Source: an uncultured virus (IMG/VR IMGVR_UViG_2706794599_000005)
Taxonomy: Duplodnaviria; Heunggongvirae; Uroviricota; Caudoviricetes
IMG/VR virus record: IMGVR_UViG_2706794599_000005
DNA length: 64,000 bases
Direction: 5' to 3' (one strand)
Shown: piece after piece, positions 25,931-35,874 of the stretch
How the letters are laid out: each line of letters starts with the position of its first letter
Position numbering within the stretch: the first letter of the stretch is position 1
Translations under genes and position numbers: made by a program
Notes under the pieces: model-generated
Database searches by the model: none
What the model was told of the DNA's origin: nothing
Seen by the model: the letters and a program-made list of their open reading frames with translations, nothing else

Positions 25931-27167
25931 ACTCCCACCAAAGCTGATTTCGGTCTTCTCCGGGCCAGCACGGTACCGCGGCGCCTACGGCGGGCGGGGG
26001 AGCGGTAAGACCCGCAGCTTCGCGAAGATGGCGGCGATCCGAGCCTACATGTTCGCGGAGGCTGGCATCTCCGGGCAGATTCTCTGTGGCCGGGAGTACA
26101 TGAACAGCCTGGAAGACTCCTCCATGGAGGAGGTCAAGCAGGCGATCCGGTCCGAACCCTGGCTCAACGCCTACTTCGAGATCGGCGAGAAGTTCATCCG
26201 CACCCGCAACCGACGGGTGTGGTTCTCGTTCTTCGGCTTGCGCCACAACCTCGACAGCATCAAGTCGAAGGCGCGCATCCTCATCGCTTGGGTCGATGAG
26301 GCCGAGAACGTCAGCGAGATCGCCTGGCAGAAGCTGCTGCCGACGGTCCGCGAGTGCGACTCCGAAGTCTGGATCACCTGGAACCCGGAGAAGGACGGCA
26401 GCCCGACCGACACCAGGTTCCGGAAGAATATTCCGGCCGGCGCCAAGATCGTCGAGCTGAACTACACGGACAACCCTTGGTTCCCCGATGTCCTCGATCA
26501 GGAGCGCCTGAACGACCGGGAGACACTGGACGACCAGACCTATGCCTGGATCTGGGATGGCGCCTACCGCGAGAACAGCGACGCGCAGATCCTGTCCGGC
26601 AAGTACCGGGTAGCCGAGTTCACGCCGGGCCCGGGCTGGGACGGCCCTTACTACGGCCTGGACTGGGGCTTCAGCCAGGACCCTACGGCCGGCGTGAAGC
26701 TCTGGGTGCACGACCGCCGGCTCTGGGTGGAGTACGAGGCCAGCAAGGTCGGCCTCGAAAACGACGATATCGCCCAGTTCATGATCGACCGTCTGCCTGG
26801 CATCGAACTGCATGCCGTGCGGGCCGATTCGGCCAGGCCGGAGACAATCAGTCACGTCAAGAGCAAGGGGCGCGACCACAAGCGCGCCAACTTGCCGCGC
26901 ATCGAGCCGGTGGCGAAGTGGCAAGGCAGCGTCGAGGACGGCATCGCGCATCTGCGCAGCTATGTCGAAATTGTCATTCACGTGCGCTGTACCGGCTTCC
27001 TGCGCGAGGCCCGGCTCTACAGCTACAAGGTCGACCGCCTGACCGGTGACGTGCTCACCGAGATCATCGACAAGAACAACCACTTCATGGACGCGAGCCG
27101 CTACGCGTTGGGCCCGCTGATCAAGCGCCGCGGCGCGGTCGGTATGCTGCTACCAGGAGCCCGCTGA
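25914..27167 (+). CDS. terL: Terminase large subunit (PBSX family)
   Basis: GGRGSGKT, WVDEAE, GLDWGF..DP and NHFMDASRYA motifs. Confidence 0.95.
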   Translation: MKARIELPPKLISVFSGPARYRGAYGGRGSGKTRSFAKMAAIRAYMFAEAGISGQILCGREYMNSLEDSSMEEVKQAIRSEPWLNAYFEIGEKFIRTRNRRVWFSFFGLRHNLDSIKSKARILIAWVDEAENVSEIAWQKLLPTVRECDSEVWITWNPEKDGSPTDTRFRKNIPAGAKIVELNYTDNPWFPDVLDQERLNDRETLDDQTYAWIWDGAYRENSDAQILSGKYRVAEFTPGPGWDGPYYGLDWGFSQDPTAGVKLWVHDRRLWVEYEASKVGLENDDIAQFMIDRLPGIELHAVRADSARPETISHVKSKGRDHKRANLPRIEPVAKWQGSVEDGIAHLRSYVEIVIHVRCTGFLREARLYSYKVDRLTGDVLTEIIDKNNHFMDASRYALGPLIKRRGAVGMLLPGAR

Positions 27168-27364
27168 TGGCCATCTTCATCCTCAAGGAGCGCGCAACCA
27201 GCCGCTCCATGGTGGTCCGTGCTCGCTGCACGTCCTGCGCCCGCACCGTGGCGGTCGAGAACGCCGGTGCCGAAGGGACGATGGTCTGGCGCGACCCCAA
27301 CCTCTCATCTGTCGAACTGGTCCGCGAGACGGACAAGCCAGGCCTCATCCTGAAATCGGACTGA
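27167..27364 (+). CDS. Small hypothetical protein (CxxC)
   Basis: 65 aa between terL and portal with TGATG coupling. Confidence 0.6.
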   Translation: MAIFILKERATSRSMVVRARCTSCARTVAVENAGAEGTMVWRDPNLSSVELVRETDKPGLILKSD

Positions 27365-27366
27365 CC

Positions 27367-28737
27367 ATGACTGACAAACTCGACCTCGCGGTCAATCACG
27401 CGATGAGCAGTGCTGTCGCGCGTGCGCGAATGAGCCTGCTGAGCCAGGGCATCGGCCATGACGCCAAGCGGCCTCAGGCATGGTGCGAGTATGGTTTCCC
27501 TCAGGAAATCACGTTCAACGACCTGTACACCATGTACCGGCGGGGCGGCATCGCCCATGGCGCGGTTGAGAAGATCGTCACCACGTGCTGGAAGACAAAT
27601 CCGCAGGTCATCGAGGGTGACGACCAGGACCGCTCCAGGGACGAAACCGAGTGGGAGAGGAAGAACAAGCCGTTGATCGCAGGCGGCAGGTTCTGGCGGG
27701 CTGTCTCCGAAGCCGACAGGCGCCGTTTGGTGGGTCGGTATTCCGGGTTGCTCCTGCACATCAGGGATAGCCAGCCGTGGGATAGGCCTGTCACGGGAAA
27801 GGTCAATGGCCTGGCGAAGGTCACCCCGGCCTGGGCTGGGTGCCTTAAGCCGAAGTCGTTCGACGAAAAGCCGGATAGCGAGACCTACGGGCAGCCCGCC
27901 ATGTGGGAATACACCGAGGCTTCCCAAGCCGGTCGTCCCGGTCTGGTGCGGGATATCCATCCGGATCGGGTGTTTATCCTCGGAGACTGGACCGGCGATG
28001 CAATCGGCTTCCTGGAGCCTGCCTACAACTCCTTCGTCAGCCTGGAGAAGGTCGAGGGAGGCAGTGGCGAATCGTTCCTGAAGAACGCCGCACGCCAGCT
28101 CCTGCTGAACTTCGACAAGGATATTCAGCTCGGCGAGATCGCCAGCACCTACGGGGTAACGCTCGATGCGCTCAACGAGCGCTTCAACGAGGCGGCGCGT
28201 CAGCTAAACCGCGGCAACGATGTCCTGCTCCCGACCCAGGGGGCGACCGTCACGCAGATGGTGTCCGCTGTTTCGGACCCCAGCCCCACGTACAACGTCA
28301 ACCTGCAAACCGCCGCCGCTGGCGTCGACATCCCGACCAAGATTCTGGTGGGCATGCAGACCGGCGAGCGGGCGAGCAGTGAGGACCAGAAGTACCACAA
28401 CGCCAGATGCCAGGCGCGCCGGGTGCAAGAACTGACGTTCGAGATCAACGACCTGTTCGCGCACCTGATGCGCATCGGCGTGGTTCCGCTGAAGGCTGAG
28501 TTCACCGCGATCTGGGATGACCTCACCGTGCCGACCAAGGCCGAGCGCTTGGCCAACTCCAAGACCATGAGCGAGATCAACAGCGCCGCGATCGGCACTG
28601 GCGAGCCCGTGTTCACGGCGGAGGAAATACGCGAAGAAGCTGGATACGACCCGCTCGAGGGTGGTGATCCGCTACCTGACACCGAACCGGAGGATGAAGA
28701 TGCCGCGCGCACCGATCCTACCGGCGAACAGCAGTGA
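27367..28737 (+). CDS. Portal protein (DUF1073 type)
   Basis: 456 aa after terminase; IPTKILVGMQTG motif. Confidence 0.85.
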   Translation: MTDKLDLAVNHAMSSAVARARMSLLSQGIGHDAKRPQAWCEYGFPQEITFNDLYTMYRRGGIAHGAVEKIVTTCWKTNPQVIEGDDQDRSRDETEWERKNKPLIAGGRFWRAVSEADRRRLVGRYSGLLLHIRDSQPWDRPVTGKVNGLAKVTPAWAGCLKPKSFDEKPDSETYGQPAMWEYTEASQAGRPGLVRDIHPDRVFILGDWTGDAIGFLEPAYNSFVSLEKVEGGSGESFLKNAARQLLLNFDKDIQLGEIASTYGVTLDALNERFNEAARQLNRGNDVLLPTQGATVTQMVSAVSDPSPTYNVNLQTAAAGVDIPTKILVGMQTGERASSEDQKYHNARCQARRVQELTFEINDLFAHLMRIGVVPLKAEFTAIWDDLTVPTKAERLANSKTMSEINSAAIGTGEPVFTAEEIREEAGYDPLEGGDPLPDTEPEDEDAARTDPTGEQQ

Positions 28738-29623
28738 CCCGACCGGAGTAGATCGCCTGGAAAGAGGCGCAATGCGCGAGTTCGACAGGCGCATGCGGAA
28801 GATCAGGGATGGCTACGTGGCCGCCCTGGATCGAATCCCGGCCCAACCGGTGGTGAACGAGCAGTACACCTACCGTCTCGACCAGGCCCTTCTCTCCGCG
28901 ATCTTCGCCGACACCAACCTGATGGTCGACGAGATCCTGCAAGAGGGCGGGGAGCGTGACCTCTGGTTCTTCGAGTCCTACGTCGGGGTTGCCTACATCC
29001 GCGGGACTGCGCAGACCCATGCCAACCTGGCGCAGCAGTCGCCGGCGTATCGCGCTGGCCGGGAGTCGCTGGATGTGCTCCTCCGATCCGACGCCTACCG
29101 CGCGCGCATGGCGCTGCTTCGCGCTCGGGAGTTCGAGGAAATGAAGGGGCTGTCGGGCCAGGTCAAGGCCGACATGGCGCGCATCCTCGCCGAAGGCATG
29201 GGGCGCGGGAAGAATCCCCGGGAGATTGCACGGGACCTGACCGCCCAGGCCGGCATCGAGGCGCGTCGAGGCCATCGCATCGCCCGCACCGAGATCACTA
29301 CCGCTCTCCGAAGGGCTCGCTGGGACGAGAAAGACGCCGCTGAGGCCGATTACGGCGTCCAGTCGAAGCTGATGCACATGTCGGCCCTGTCCCCCAGCAC
29401 AAGGGCCACCCACGCGGACAGGCACGCCAGGCTCTACACCTCGGATGAGGTGAGGGACTGGTACAGCCGAGACGGAAACTCAATAAATTGCAAGTGCAGC
29501 CAGGTCGAGGTGCTGGTCGATGACGACGGGAACCCGGTTGTCCCGGCCATCGTCGAGCGCGCGCGCCGCAACTACCAAGTCATGAAAGCCAAAGGGCGCG
29601 GGCCCTGGGCGAACGAGGATTGA
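28700..29623 (+). CDS. Minor head morphogenesis protein (Mu F/SPP1 gp7-like)
   Basis: RIARTE, TRATH and NCKC motifs. Confidence 0.85.
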   Translation: MPRAPILPANSSDPTGVDRLERGAMREFDRRMRKIRDGYVAALDRIPAQPVVNEQYTYRLDQALLSAIFADTNLMVDEILQEGGERDLWFFESYVGVAYIRGTAQTHANLAQQSPAYRAGRESLDVLLRSDAYRARMALLRAREFEEMKGLSGQVKADMARILAEGMGRGKNPREIARDLTAQAGIEARRGHRIARTEITTALRRARWDEKDAAEADYGVQSKLMHMSALSPSTRATHADRHARLYTSDEVRDWYSRDGNSINCKCSQVEVLVDDDGNPVVPAIVERARRNYQVMKAKGRGPWANED

Positions 29624-29626
29624 GCC

Positions 29627-30904
29627 ATGCCCATGCAGGTCAACATCACCACCCAGGTCAACAGCGCCAGTATTCGACGTGAGACCTACAACGGGCGCGA
29701 ACACCTGGTTCTGCCGAGCTACACCCTGCCGGCCGGGGTGGTCATGAACGGTGGTCTCTACACCGCCGAGCAGATCGACAAGCATTACCCAGGGCTGGAG
29801 GGAACGCTCGCGCCGCTCGGCCACCCGATGGTCGATGGGAAGTTCGTTTCGGCGTTCTCCCCTGAAGGGATCAACGTCGGCCATATCGGCGCCTGGAACC
29901 GCAACGTGAAGAAGTCCGGCAACCGGGTCTACATGGAGAAGTGGGTCGACGTCGAGTTCGCCAAGTCCACAGAGGGCGGTCGTGAACTGTTGCAGCGCGT
30001 CGAGGCGCTGGAGAAGGGGGAGGACGTTCCCCCGATCCATACCAGCGTTGCCGCATTCCTCAACCGCATCGAGCCGAACGAAAGCCAGCGCGCCCAAGGC
30101 GCGGAGTGGGTCGCCGACATCCAGAGCATGGACCATGACGCGATCCTGCTGCACGAAGTAGGTGCAGCCACTCCTGAGCAGGGCGTCGGCCTCATGGTGA
30201 ACGCGGACCAGGCTGTGCCGCTTCAGCCGAACTCCGGCGCCCTGGTTGGCGAGTCCTACCGGGAGCGCGAGCAGCGCCTCGACCGCGCCGCGAAGGAGCG
30301 TTTCGCCGCCGGCCCCGACCAGTACGCATGGGTTGCCGACTTCACCGATTCCCAGGCCGTGATCAGCCTCAACGGCGGTGTGACCGAGGTGTACGGCTAC
30401 AAGGTCGAGGCAGGGAAGATCGTCTTCGACGAGTCCGGCCAGCCCGTTGTCCGGCAAGAGTCCTGGGTCGCCATGGTGGCCAACAGCATCAAGAACATTT
30501 TCACCCATCGTCAGGCTCGGCCTGATCAACCTGAGAAGGAGGGCGACATGCCCCTGACCCCCGAAGAAAAGGCCGAAATCGTGAAGGAAATCGGCACCAA
30601 CACCTCCAGCGCCATCAAGGAACTGGCGGACACCATCATCAAGCCCCTGGCCGATAAGGTCGACGGCCTGGTCGCCAATCACAAGGCCCTGGCCGACACG
30701 CTGACCGCCAATCAGCGCGCCGAGGAAGACAGCATGCGCGAAGCGGTCAAGGCCAAGTTCGGCGAGGTCATCGCCAACAGCCTGGCCGGCGACGCGCTCA
30801 AGGAAATGTTCAAGCAGTGCGGCGAGTCCGCCCCGCTGGGCGCCAATGCCGCCACCGACAAAGGCGGTCTCACCGCCGATATCGCCAACCTGCCGAAGGA
30901 GTAA
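29627..30904 (+). CDS. Capsid maturation protease/scaffold (DUF2213-like)
   Basis: APLGHP and DHDAILL motifs; position before capsid genes. Confidence 0.7.
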   Translation: MPMQVNITTQVNSASIRRETYNGREHLVLPSYTLPAGVVMNGGLYTAEQIDKHYPGLEGTLAPLGHPMVDGKFVSAFSPEGINVGHIGAWNRNVKKSGNRVYMEKWVDVEFAKSTEGGRELLQRVEALEKGEDVPPIHTSVAAFLNRIEPNESQRAQGAEWVADIQSMDHDAILLHEVGAATPEQGVGLMVNADQAVPLQPNSGALVGESYREREQRLDRAAKERFAAGPDQYAWVADFTDSQAVISLNGGVTEVYGYKVEAGKIVFDESGQPVVRQESWVAMVANSIKNIFTHRQARPDQPEKEGDMPLTPEEKAEIVKEIGTNTSSAIKELADTIIKPLADKVDGLVANHKALADTLTANQRAEEDSMREAVKAKFGEVIANSLAGDALKEMFKQCGESAPLGANAATDKGGLTADIANLPKE

Positions 30905-30907
30905 GCC

Positions 30908-31357
30908 ATGTCTCGCTATCGTCGCGTGAACATCGACGGCAAGTCGCTGTTCAAGACCGAAACCCGCAAGACCGCCGCGGCTCTCCTGCCCGGCACGTTC
31001 GCCGTGATCAATGGCAGCGACCTGTTTGCCCAGGCAAGCGCCAGCGTTGGCCGCCTCTACGTCATCGACTGCGCTCACCACGAAGGCCTCAGCATCCGCG
31101 ATGCGGTTCCCGTCGGCCATTCGGCCGTTGGCAACTACGTCGAAGAGGGTCGCGAGCTCGCCGTGCTGTGCCCGGCCGGCACCTACAAGAAGGACACGCC
31201 GATCAAGCTCGGCACCAGCGGCCAGGGTGCCATCGCGTCGAGCGATACCGACACGGTCCTCGGGTACAGCCAGGACGATGCAGTCATCGCCTCCGGCGAA
31301 ACCGACTTCATCCGCATCCGCTTCCGTGTCGGCAGTGTCGCCGCCCCGGCGCCCTAA
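30908..31357 (+). CDS. Head decoration protein
   Basis: 149 aa immediately before the major capsid gene. Confidence 0.65.
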   Translation: MSRYRRVNIDGKSLFKTETRKTAAALLPGTFAVINGSDLFAQASASVGRLYVIDCAHHEGLSIRDAVPVGHSAVGNYVEEGRELAVLCPAGTYKKDTPIKLGTSGQGAIASSDTDTVLGYSQDDAVIASGETDFIRIRFRVGSVAAPAP

Positions 31358-31372
31358 TAGGAGTACGGACAC

Positions 31373-32467
31373 ATGTTCCTCACCCAGCAAGCAATCGCCG
31401 CCCATCCCCGCCTGATGGGCCATTTCCAGGAGTTGCAGGCCAACCGCAACATCTGGAACAACCAGAACGCCGCGATGATCACCCACCACCGCGGCGCCAT
31501 GACCCCCGAAATGCTGGCCTGCAACGCGCTCGCCGGCCTGGGTCGTGAGTTCTGGGCCGAGGTCGACGCCCAGATCATCCAGTACCGCAACCAGGAAACC
31601 GGCATGGAGATCGTCAACGATCTCCTGCAGGTGCAGACCGTGCTTCCGATCGGCAAGACCTCCAAGCTCTACAACGTGGTCGGCGACATCGCCGATGATG
31701 TGTCGGTGAGCATCGATGGCCAGGCCCCGTACTCCTTCGATCACACCGAGTACAACTCCGATGGCGACCCCATTCCGGTGTTCACCGCCGGCTACGGTGT
31801 CAACTGGCGCCATGCCGCCGGCATGAACACCGTCGGCATCGACCTGGTTCTGGACTCGCAGGCTGCGAAGCTCCGCAAGTTCAACAAGCGGATCGTTGCC
31901 TACACCTTGGACGGTGCCACCAACATCCAGGTCGAGAACTACCCGGCTCAGGGTCTGCGCAATCACCGCAACACCATCAAGGTCAACCTGGGCTCCGGCG
32001 CCGGCGGCGCGAACATCGACCTGACCACCGCCACGCCGCAGCAGATCATCGACTTCTTCACCAAAGGCGCATTCGGCCAAGCTGCGCGTGTCAACAAGGT
32101 GGACGCCTACGATGTTCTCTGGGTTTCCCCGGAAATCAACGCCAACCTGTCCCAGCCCTACATGATCACCATGGGCGGTGGTTCCAACGCGGTGGTGGCC
32201 GGCACCGTACTCGATGCGGTCATGCGCTTCATCCCGGCGCGCGCGGTTCGCCAGACCTTCGCCCTGTCGGGCAACGAGTTCCTGGGCTACCAGCGCCGCC
32301 GCGACGTGGTCACCCCGCTGGTCGGCATGGCTACCGGTGTTATCCCGCTGCCGCGCCCGCTGCCGCAGGTCAACTACAACTTCCAGATCATGAGCGCCAT
32401 GGGCATCCAGGTGAAGAAGGACGACGAAGGTCTGTCCGGCGTGATCTACGGCGCCAACCTGGCGTAA
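31373..32467 (+). CDS. Major capsid protein
   Basis: 364 aa, strong RBS, highly biased codons, synteny. Confidence 0.85.
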   Translation: MFLTQQAIAAHPRLMGHFQELQANRNIWNNQNAAMITHHRGAMTPEMLACNALAGLGREFWAEVDAQIIQYRNQETGMEIVNDLLQVQTVLPIGKTSKLYNVVGDIADDVSVSIDGQAPYSFDHTEYNSDGDPIPVFTAGYGVNWRHAAGMNTVGIDLVLDSQAAKLRKFNKRIVAYTLDGATNIQVENYPAQGLRNHRNTIKVNLGSGAGGANIDLTTATPQQIIDFFTKGAFGQAARVNKVDAYDVLWVSPEINANLSQPYMITMGGGSNAVVAGTVLDAVMRFIPARAVRQTFALSGNEFLGYQRRRDVVTPLVGMATGVIPLPRPLPQVNYNFQIMSAMGIQVKKDDEGLSGVIYGANLA

Positions 32468-32478
32468 GGGGGGGCGAT

Positions 32479-32670
32479 GTGCGCTACGAAGTGACCCGCG
32501 CCTGGCATGGCGTAAGCGTGGGCGACGTGGTGGAACTGGAGCACCTTCACCCGTCGCTGAAACCCAACGTGCGCCCCCTCGGCGGTGATTCTGTCCTCGA
32601 AGCAGCTACGCCGGCTGCAAGTTCGGATGTCGAGCAGAAACGCCGAGGGCGACCGCCGAAAACCGAGTGA
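32479..32670 (+). CDS. Small virion-associated hypothetical protein
   Basis: 63 aa ending RRGRPPK, after capsid. Confidence 0.6.
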   Translation: MRYEVTRAWHGVSVGDVVELEHLHPSLKPNVRPLGGDSVLEAATPAASSDVEQKRRGRPPKTE

Positions 32671-32754
32671 CCGGTGCGTGACGAGAGGCCGCCTGCGGGC
32701 GGCTTCGTCGTTTCTGGCCCCAGAAATGGGGCCTTCTTCTTCCAGGAATCGGAC

Positions 32755-33156
32755 ATGATCACAGTTGAACAGGCCCGGCAGTACCTGCAGAGCCAGGGCA
32801 TCGACAACGTGCCCGATTTCATCCTTGCGGCGTGGATCGAGCAATTGCAGCAGATCCAGGACTGCATGGATGCCCATTACCCGGCATCGACCGCGCTGCT
32901 GATTCAGGCCTACCTGCTGGCGCTATTCGCCTTGGCCCAGGCCGACAAGTACATCAGCAGCCAGACGGCACCATCCGGCGCTTCTCGATCGTTCCGCTAC
33001 CAGGCCTTTGCTGATCGCTGGAAGGCGCAGTTGGCCTTGCTGAACGCCCTGGACAAGTACGGATGTGCGACGGGGCTGATTCCCCCGAACCCAACCCAGA
33101 CCGCACACGGCGGTCTTTGGATCGCGCGCGGTGGCTGCATGTGTGGTGACTCATGA
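32755..33156 (+). CDS. Head-tail adaptor
   Basis: Synteny, 133 aa. Confidence 0.65.
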   Translation: MITVEQARQYLQSQGIDNVPDFILAAWIEQLQQIQDCMDAHYPASTALLIQAYLLALFALAQADKYISSQTAPSGASRSFRYQAFADRWKAQLALLNALDKYGCATGLIPPNPTQTAHGGLWIARGGCMCGDS

Positions 33157-33473
33157 GCACGACAGCGAATTGGAGTTACACCAACACTGCGACGGTTCGG
33201 CCGTTCCTGCACTTCGACCTTTCGACCCAGGAGGCCGTTTACGGCCCCGAGTACGAGATCGCCTGCACCTGGGTAGCGAAAGGTGAACAGGTCCGCGATA
33301 ACAAAGGCGCCGAGTTCGTGTCGCGCCACCAGATCTACACCGAAGACCGCCGGCCGAAGTACCTGGACCTGATCCAGTTCGACGGCTCCAACGGCTGGGA
33401 AGAGATTCGCTCGGTGACGAGCTGGGACATGAGCTTCTTCGGCGAGCAGCCGGACTTTCTACTGGTGACCTGA
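33153..33473 (+). CDS. Head closure protein
   Basis: Synteny, 106 aa. Confidence 0.6.
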   Translation: MSTTANWSYTNTATVRPFLHFDLSTQEAVYGPEYEIACTWVAKGEQVRDNKGAEFVSRHQIYTEDRRPKYLDLIQFDGSNGWEEIRSVTSWDMSFFGEQPDFLLVT

Positions 33474-33474
33474 C

Positions 33475-33879
33475 ATGGCAATCCAAGGCATCGACCGCGT
33501 CCGGCGGAATCTTCGTGTGGCTGTCGAAAACATCGCCGGCGGTGTTTCCGAGCGCGCTGTTTATGAGGTGCTGAGCCAGGGAGCGACAATGGCGCAGACC
33601 ATGACACCGATCGACACATCGACTCTGGTCAACAGCCAAACGGCCCCCCAGATCACTGTTGGCCCAAACGGGGTAGAGGGTAGCGTCGGTTACACCGCTG
33701 CCTACGCAGCAGCAGTCCACGAAGCACCAGGCACTCTTGCCGGCCAGCCACGGGACGAGAACGACCCTAGCCGGGGAAACTACTGGGACAAGAATGCGGA
33801 GCCTGAATTTCTCACGAAGGGCTTTGACCAGATCATTCCAGCCATCCCGGCCATCCTCCGCAGGACATACCGCGTATGA
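33475..33879 (+). CDS. HK97 gp10-like neck protein
   Basis: TPIDTSTLVNS..YAAAVHE..PEFL motif. Confidence 0.75.
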   Translation: MAIQGIDRVRRNLRVAVENIAGGVSERAVYEVLSQGATMAQTMTPIDTSTLVNSQTAPQITVGPNGVEGSVGYTAAYAAAVHEAPGTLAGQPRDENDPSRGNYWDKNAEPEFLTKGFDQIIPAIPAILRRTYRV

Positions 33880-34250
33880 CCCCCTACGACGCCTTCCAGG
33901 ACTGGCTGGCTTCGATCCTGGGCGAGGGCTACCAGTATAGCCGTGGGATGTGGGTCGACCACCCGTCGCTCGACTCGGCATTCATCGCAGCGATCCAGCA
34001 AACCGGCGGCCCCCCGACTCAGGTCGACGTCCGTCGCCTGCGGTTCAAGGTGATCCTCCTCGGCCCGAAGGGCGTCAGGAAACACGTTGTCGACGTCGGC
34101 AACTCAATCGAGACCCTGGCGCAGGCAGCGCTTGGTGACAGCGTCCCCTGTGGCGCCGCATCTGTTCGGGCAATCGGCGAGCCGATAGGGCCCGGATACA
34201 CCACCGAAAACCGGGCCTGGTACAGCCTGGACCTTGAAGTTCTCTATTAA
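33876..34250 (+). CDS. Tail terminator protein
   Basis: Synteny, 124 aa. Confidence 0.65.
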   Translation: MTPYDAFQDWLASILGEGYQYSRGMWVDHPSLDSAFIAAIQQTGGPPTQVDVRRLRFKVILLGPKGVRKHVVDVGNSIETLAQAALGDSVPCGAASVRAIGEPIGPGYTTENRAWYSLDLEVLY

Positions 34251-34264
34251 TCAGGAGGCCAGAC

Positions 34265-35260
34265 ATGGCTTGCAAGAAGCTCAAATTTCCGGGCCGCGAC
34301 GTCGTGCTCGAGTATTACATCGGGTGCGGCGATGCGCTGCCGGCGGAGAATGACTGGCGCCGTTTCGGGTCGCTCCGCACGAAGGAATTCACCGTCGAGT
34401 GGGACACCATCGACGCGACTGATTCCGACTCGGTTGGCGCACTGCGGGAGAACCTGGCCAGTTTCCAGACGCTGACCATTTCCGGTGACGGTACCGTGAA
34501 GGCCTCCGGTGCCGGCGCGCAGAACCTGATCGACCTGACGAAGCATGTCGTGAAGCCGGACGCGACCGGCGGACAGCCTGTTGTCTGGATGCGCATGACC
34601 TTCCCGGACCTGACCTTCACCGCATTCATGCTCATCAGCAACCTCAGTCGCTCCGCGCCGTACGACGATGTCACCACCTACAGTTTCGAGGCTTCGGCGA
34701 CCGCTTCGGACTTCGGCCTGATCGTCGAGGACACCCCTGACGCAGATGCTCCGGACCCGACCAGCATTCAGGTCGTGCCGGAGACTCTTTCGCTGACCGT
34801 TGGCGAGGGCTTCAACTTCGAGGGCGTCGTGCTACCTGTTGGCGCTCCGCAAGGCCTGCGCTGGACTTCCAGTGCGCCGACCGTGGCCGCGGTGAACGCG
34901 GTTACCGGCGAGGTGAGCGCTCTGTCGGCCGGTACCGCCACGATCACCGCCGCTTCCAGCGTCGCCCCGGGCGTCACCGATACCGCAACCGTCACGGTCG
35001 TCCCGCTGGTGCAGGGCATTACCGTCTCGCCGACCTCCGTCTCGATCGCCGAAGGCGCCACCCAGCAACTGACCGCCGCTGTATCCCCGACTGGCGCGGC
35101 TCCTGGCCTGGTCTACGAAAGCGCGGCGCCGGCCATTGCCACCGTGAGCTCGACCGGCCTGGTGACCGGTGTTGATGTCGGTACCACCACGGTGAAAATC
35201 ACCAGCGCGGCGCGTCCGTCGGTGAGCGTCACCGTTCCGGTAACCGTTACTGCGCCGTGA
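34265..35260 (+). CDS. Major tail tube protein with two C-terminal Ig-like (Big_2) domains
   Basis: WTSSAPTVAAV..GEVSAL..GTATIT and YESAAPAIATV..GLVTGV..GTTTVKIT repeats. Confidence 0.85.
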   Translation: MACKKLKFPGRDVVLEYYIGCGDALPAENDWRRFGSLRTKEFTVEWDTIDATDSDSVGALRENLASFQTLTISGDGTVKASGAGAQNLIDLTKHVVKPDATGGQPVVWMRMTFPDLTFTAFMLISNLSRSAPYDDVTTYSFEASATASDFGLIVEDTPDADAPDPTSIQVVPETLSLTVGEGFNFEGVVLPVGAPQGLRWTSSAPTVAAVNAVTGEVSALSAGTATITAASSVAPGVTDTATVTVVPLVQGITVSPTSVSIAEGATQQLTAAVSPTGAAPGLVYESAAPAIATVSSTGLVTGVDVGTTTVKITSAARPSVSVTVPVTVTAP

Positions 35261-35874
35261 TCCTCACCGAGATCGGTGAGATAGGCGTACACACGGCCTC
35301 GGGGGAGTTCTTTCTCCTGCGGCCGTCCCTGTACGCCATGACCCAGCTCGGTACGCCGGCCGAGATTGTCGACGTCTTCGCGCGCGTCATGAGCGACCCG
35401 ATCACCGAGAAGCATCAGGCGGACCAGTTCGCGGACGCCCTGGCCGTGGTGGTGGCCTGTAGTGAGCAGGACCTGTCCGACGTGTTTGGCTACTACGACC
35501 AAGACCTGGTCTACCGGCCAGGAACTGCGGACGTCGAGCACCTTGTGCCTCTCGCGCGCTGCCTGCTGAAGCACGGCGTCACAGGAGCGCTTCCGCCACT
35601 CCCCCGGCGCCACGACGAAGAGCCGAACTACTCGGGGGAGTTCGTTGCGCGGGAGTACGTCGCGACGGCGATAGCGCACCTGGGGCTGAGCGAGCGCGAA
35701 GCTTGGTCCATGACCATGACCGGCCTGATCGGCGCCCTGCGCGCGAAATACCCCCCAACCGAATCGAACGCTCCGGGCGCCAGAGCCCCGACCGCGGCAG
35801 AGCATGACGCGACGATGGAGTGGTTCGACAAGATCGAGGCCAAGCGCAAGGCGCGGGCGAAAGGAGCACCCTGA
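35257..35874 (+). CDS. Tail assembly chaperone (DUF6246-like)
   Basis: Between tail tube and tape measure genes. Confidence 0.65.
   Translation: MILTEIGEIGVHTASGEFFLLRPSLYAMTQLGTPAEIVDVFARVMSDPITEKHQADQFADALAVVVACSEQDLSDVFGYYDQDLVYRPGTADVEHLVPLARCLLKHGVTGALPPLPRRHDEEPNYSGEFVAREYVATAIAHLGLSEREAWSMTMTGLIGALRAKYPPTESNAPGARAPTAAEHDATMEWFDKIEAKRKARAKGAP

Noticed and set aside
29480..32080. 866-aa minus-strand ORF (also 6683-8260, 8296-10023, 23762-25234, 25833-27083)
   Set aside because: Shadow ORFs opposite well-supported genes, expected with high-GC codon bias
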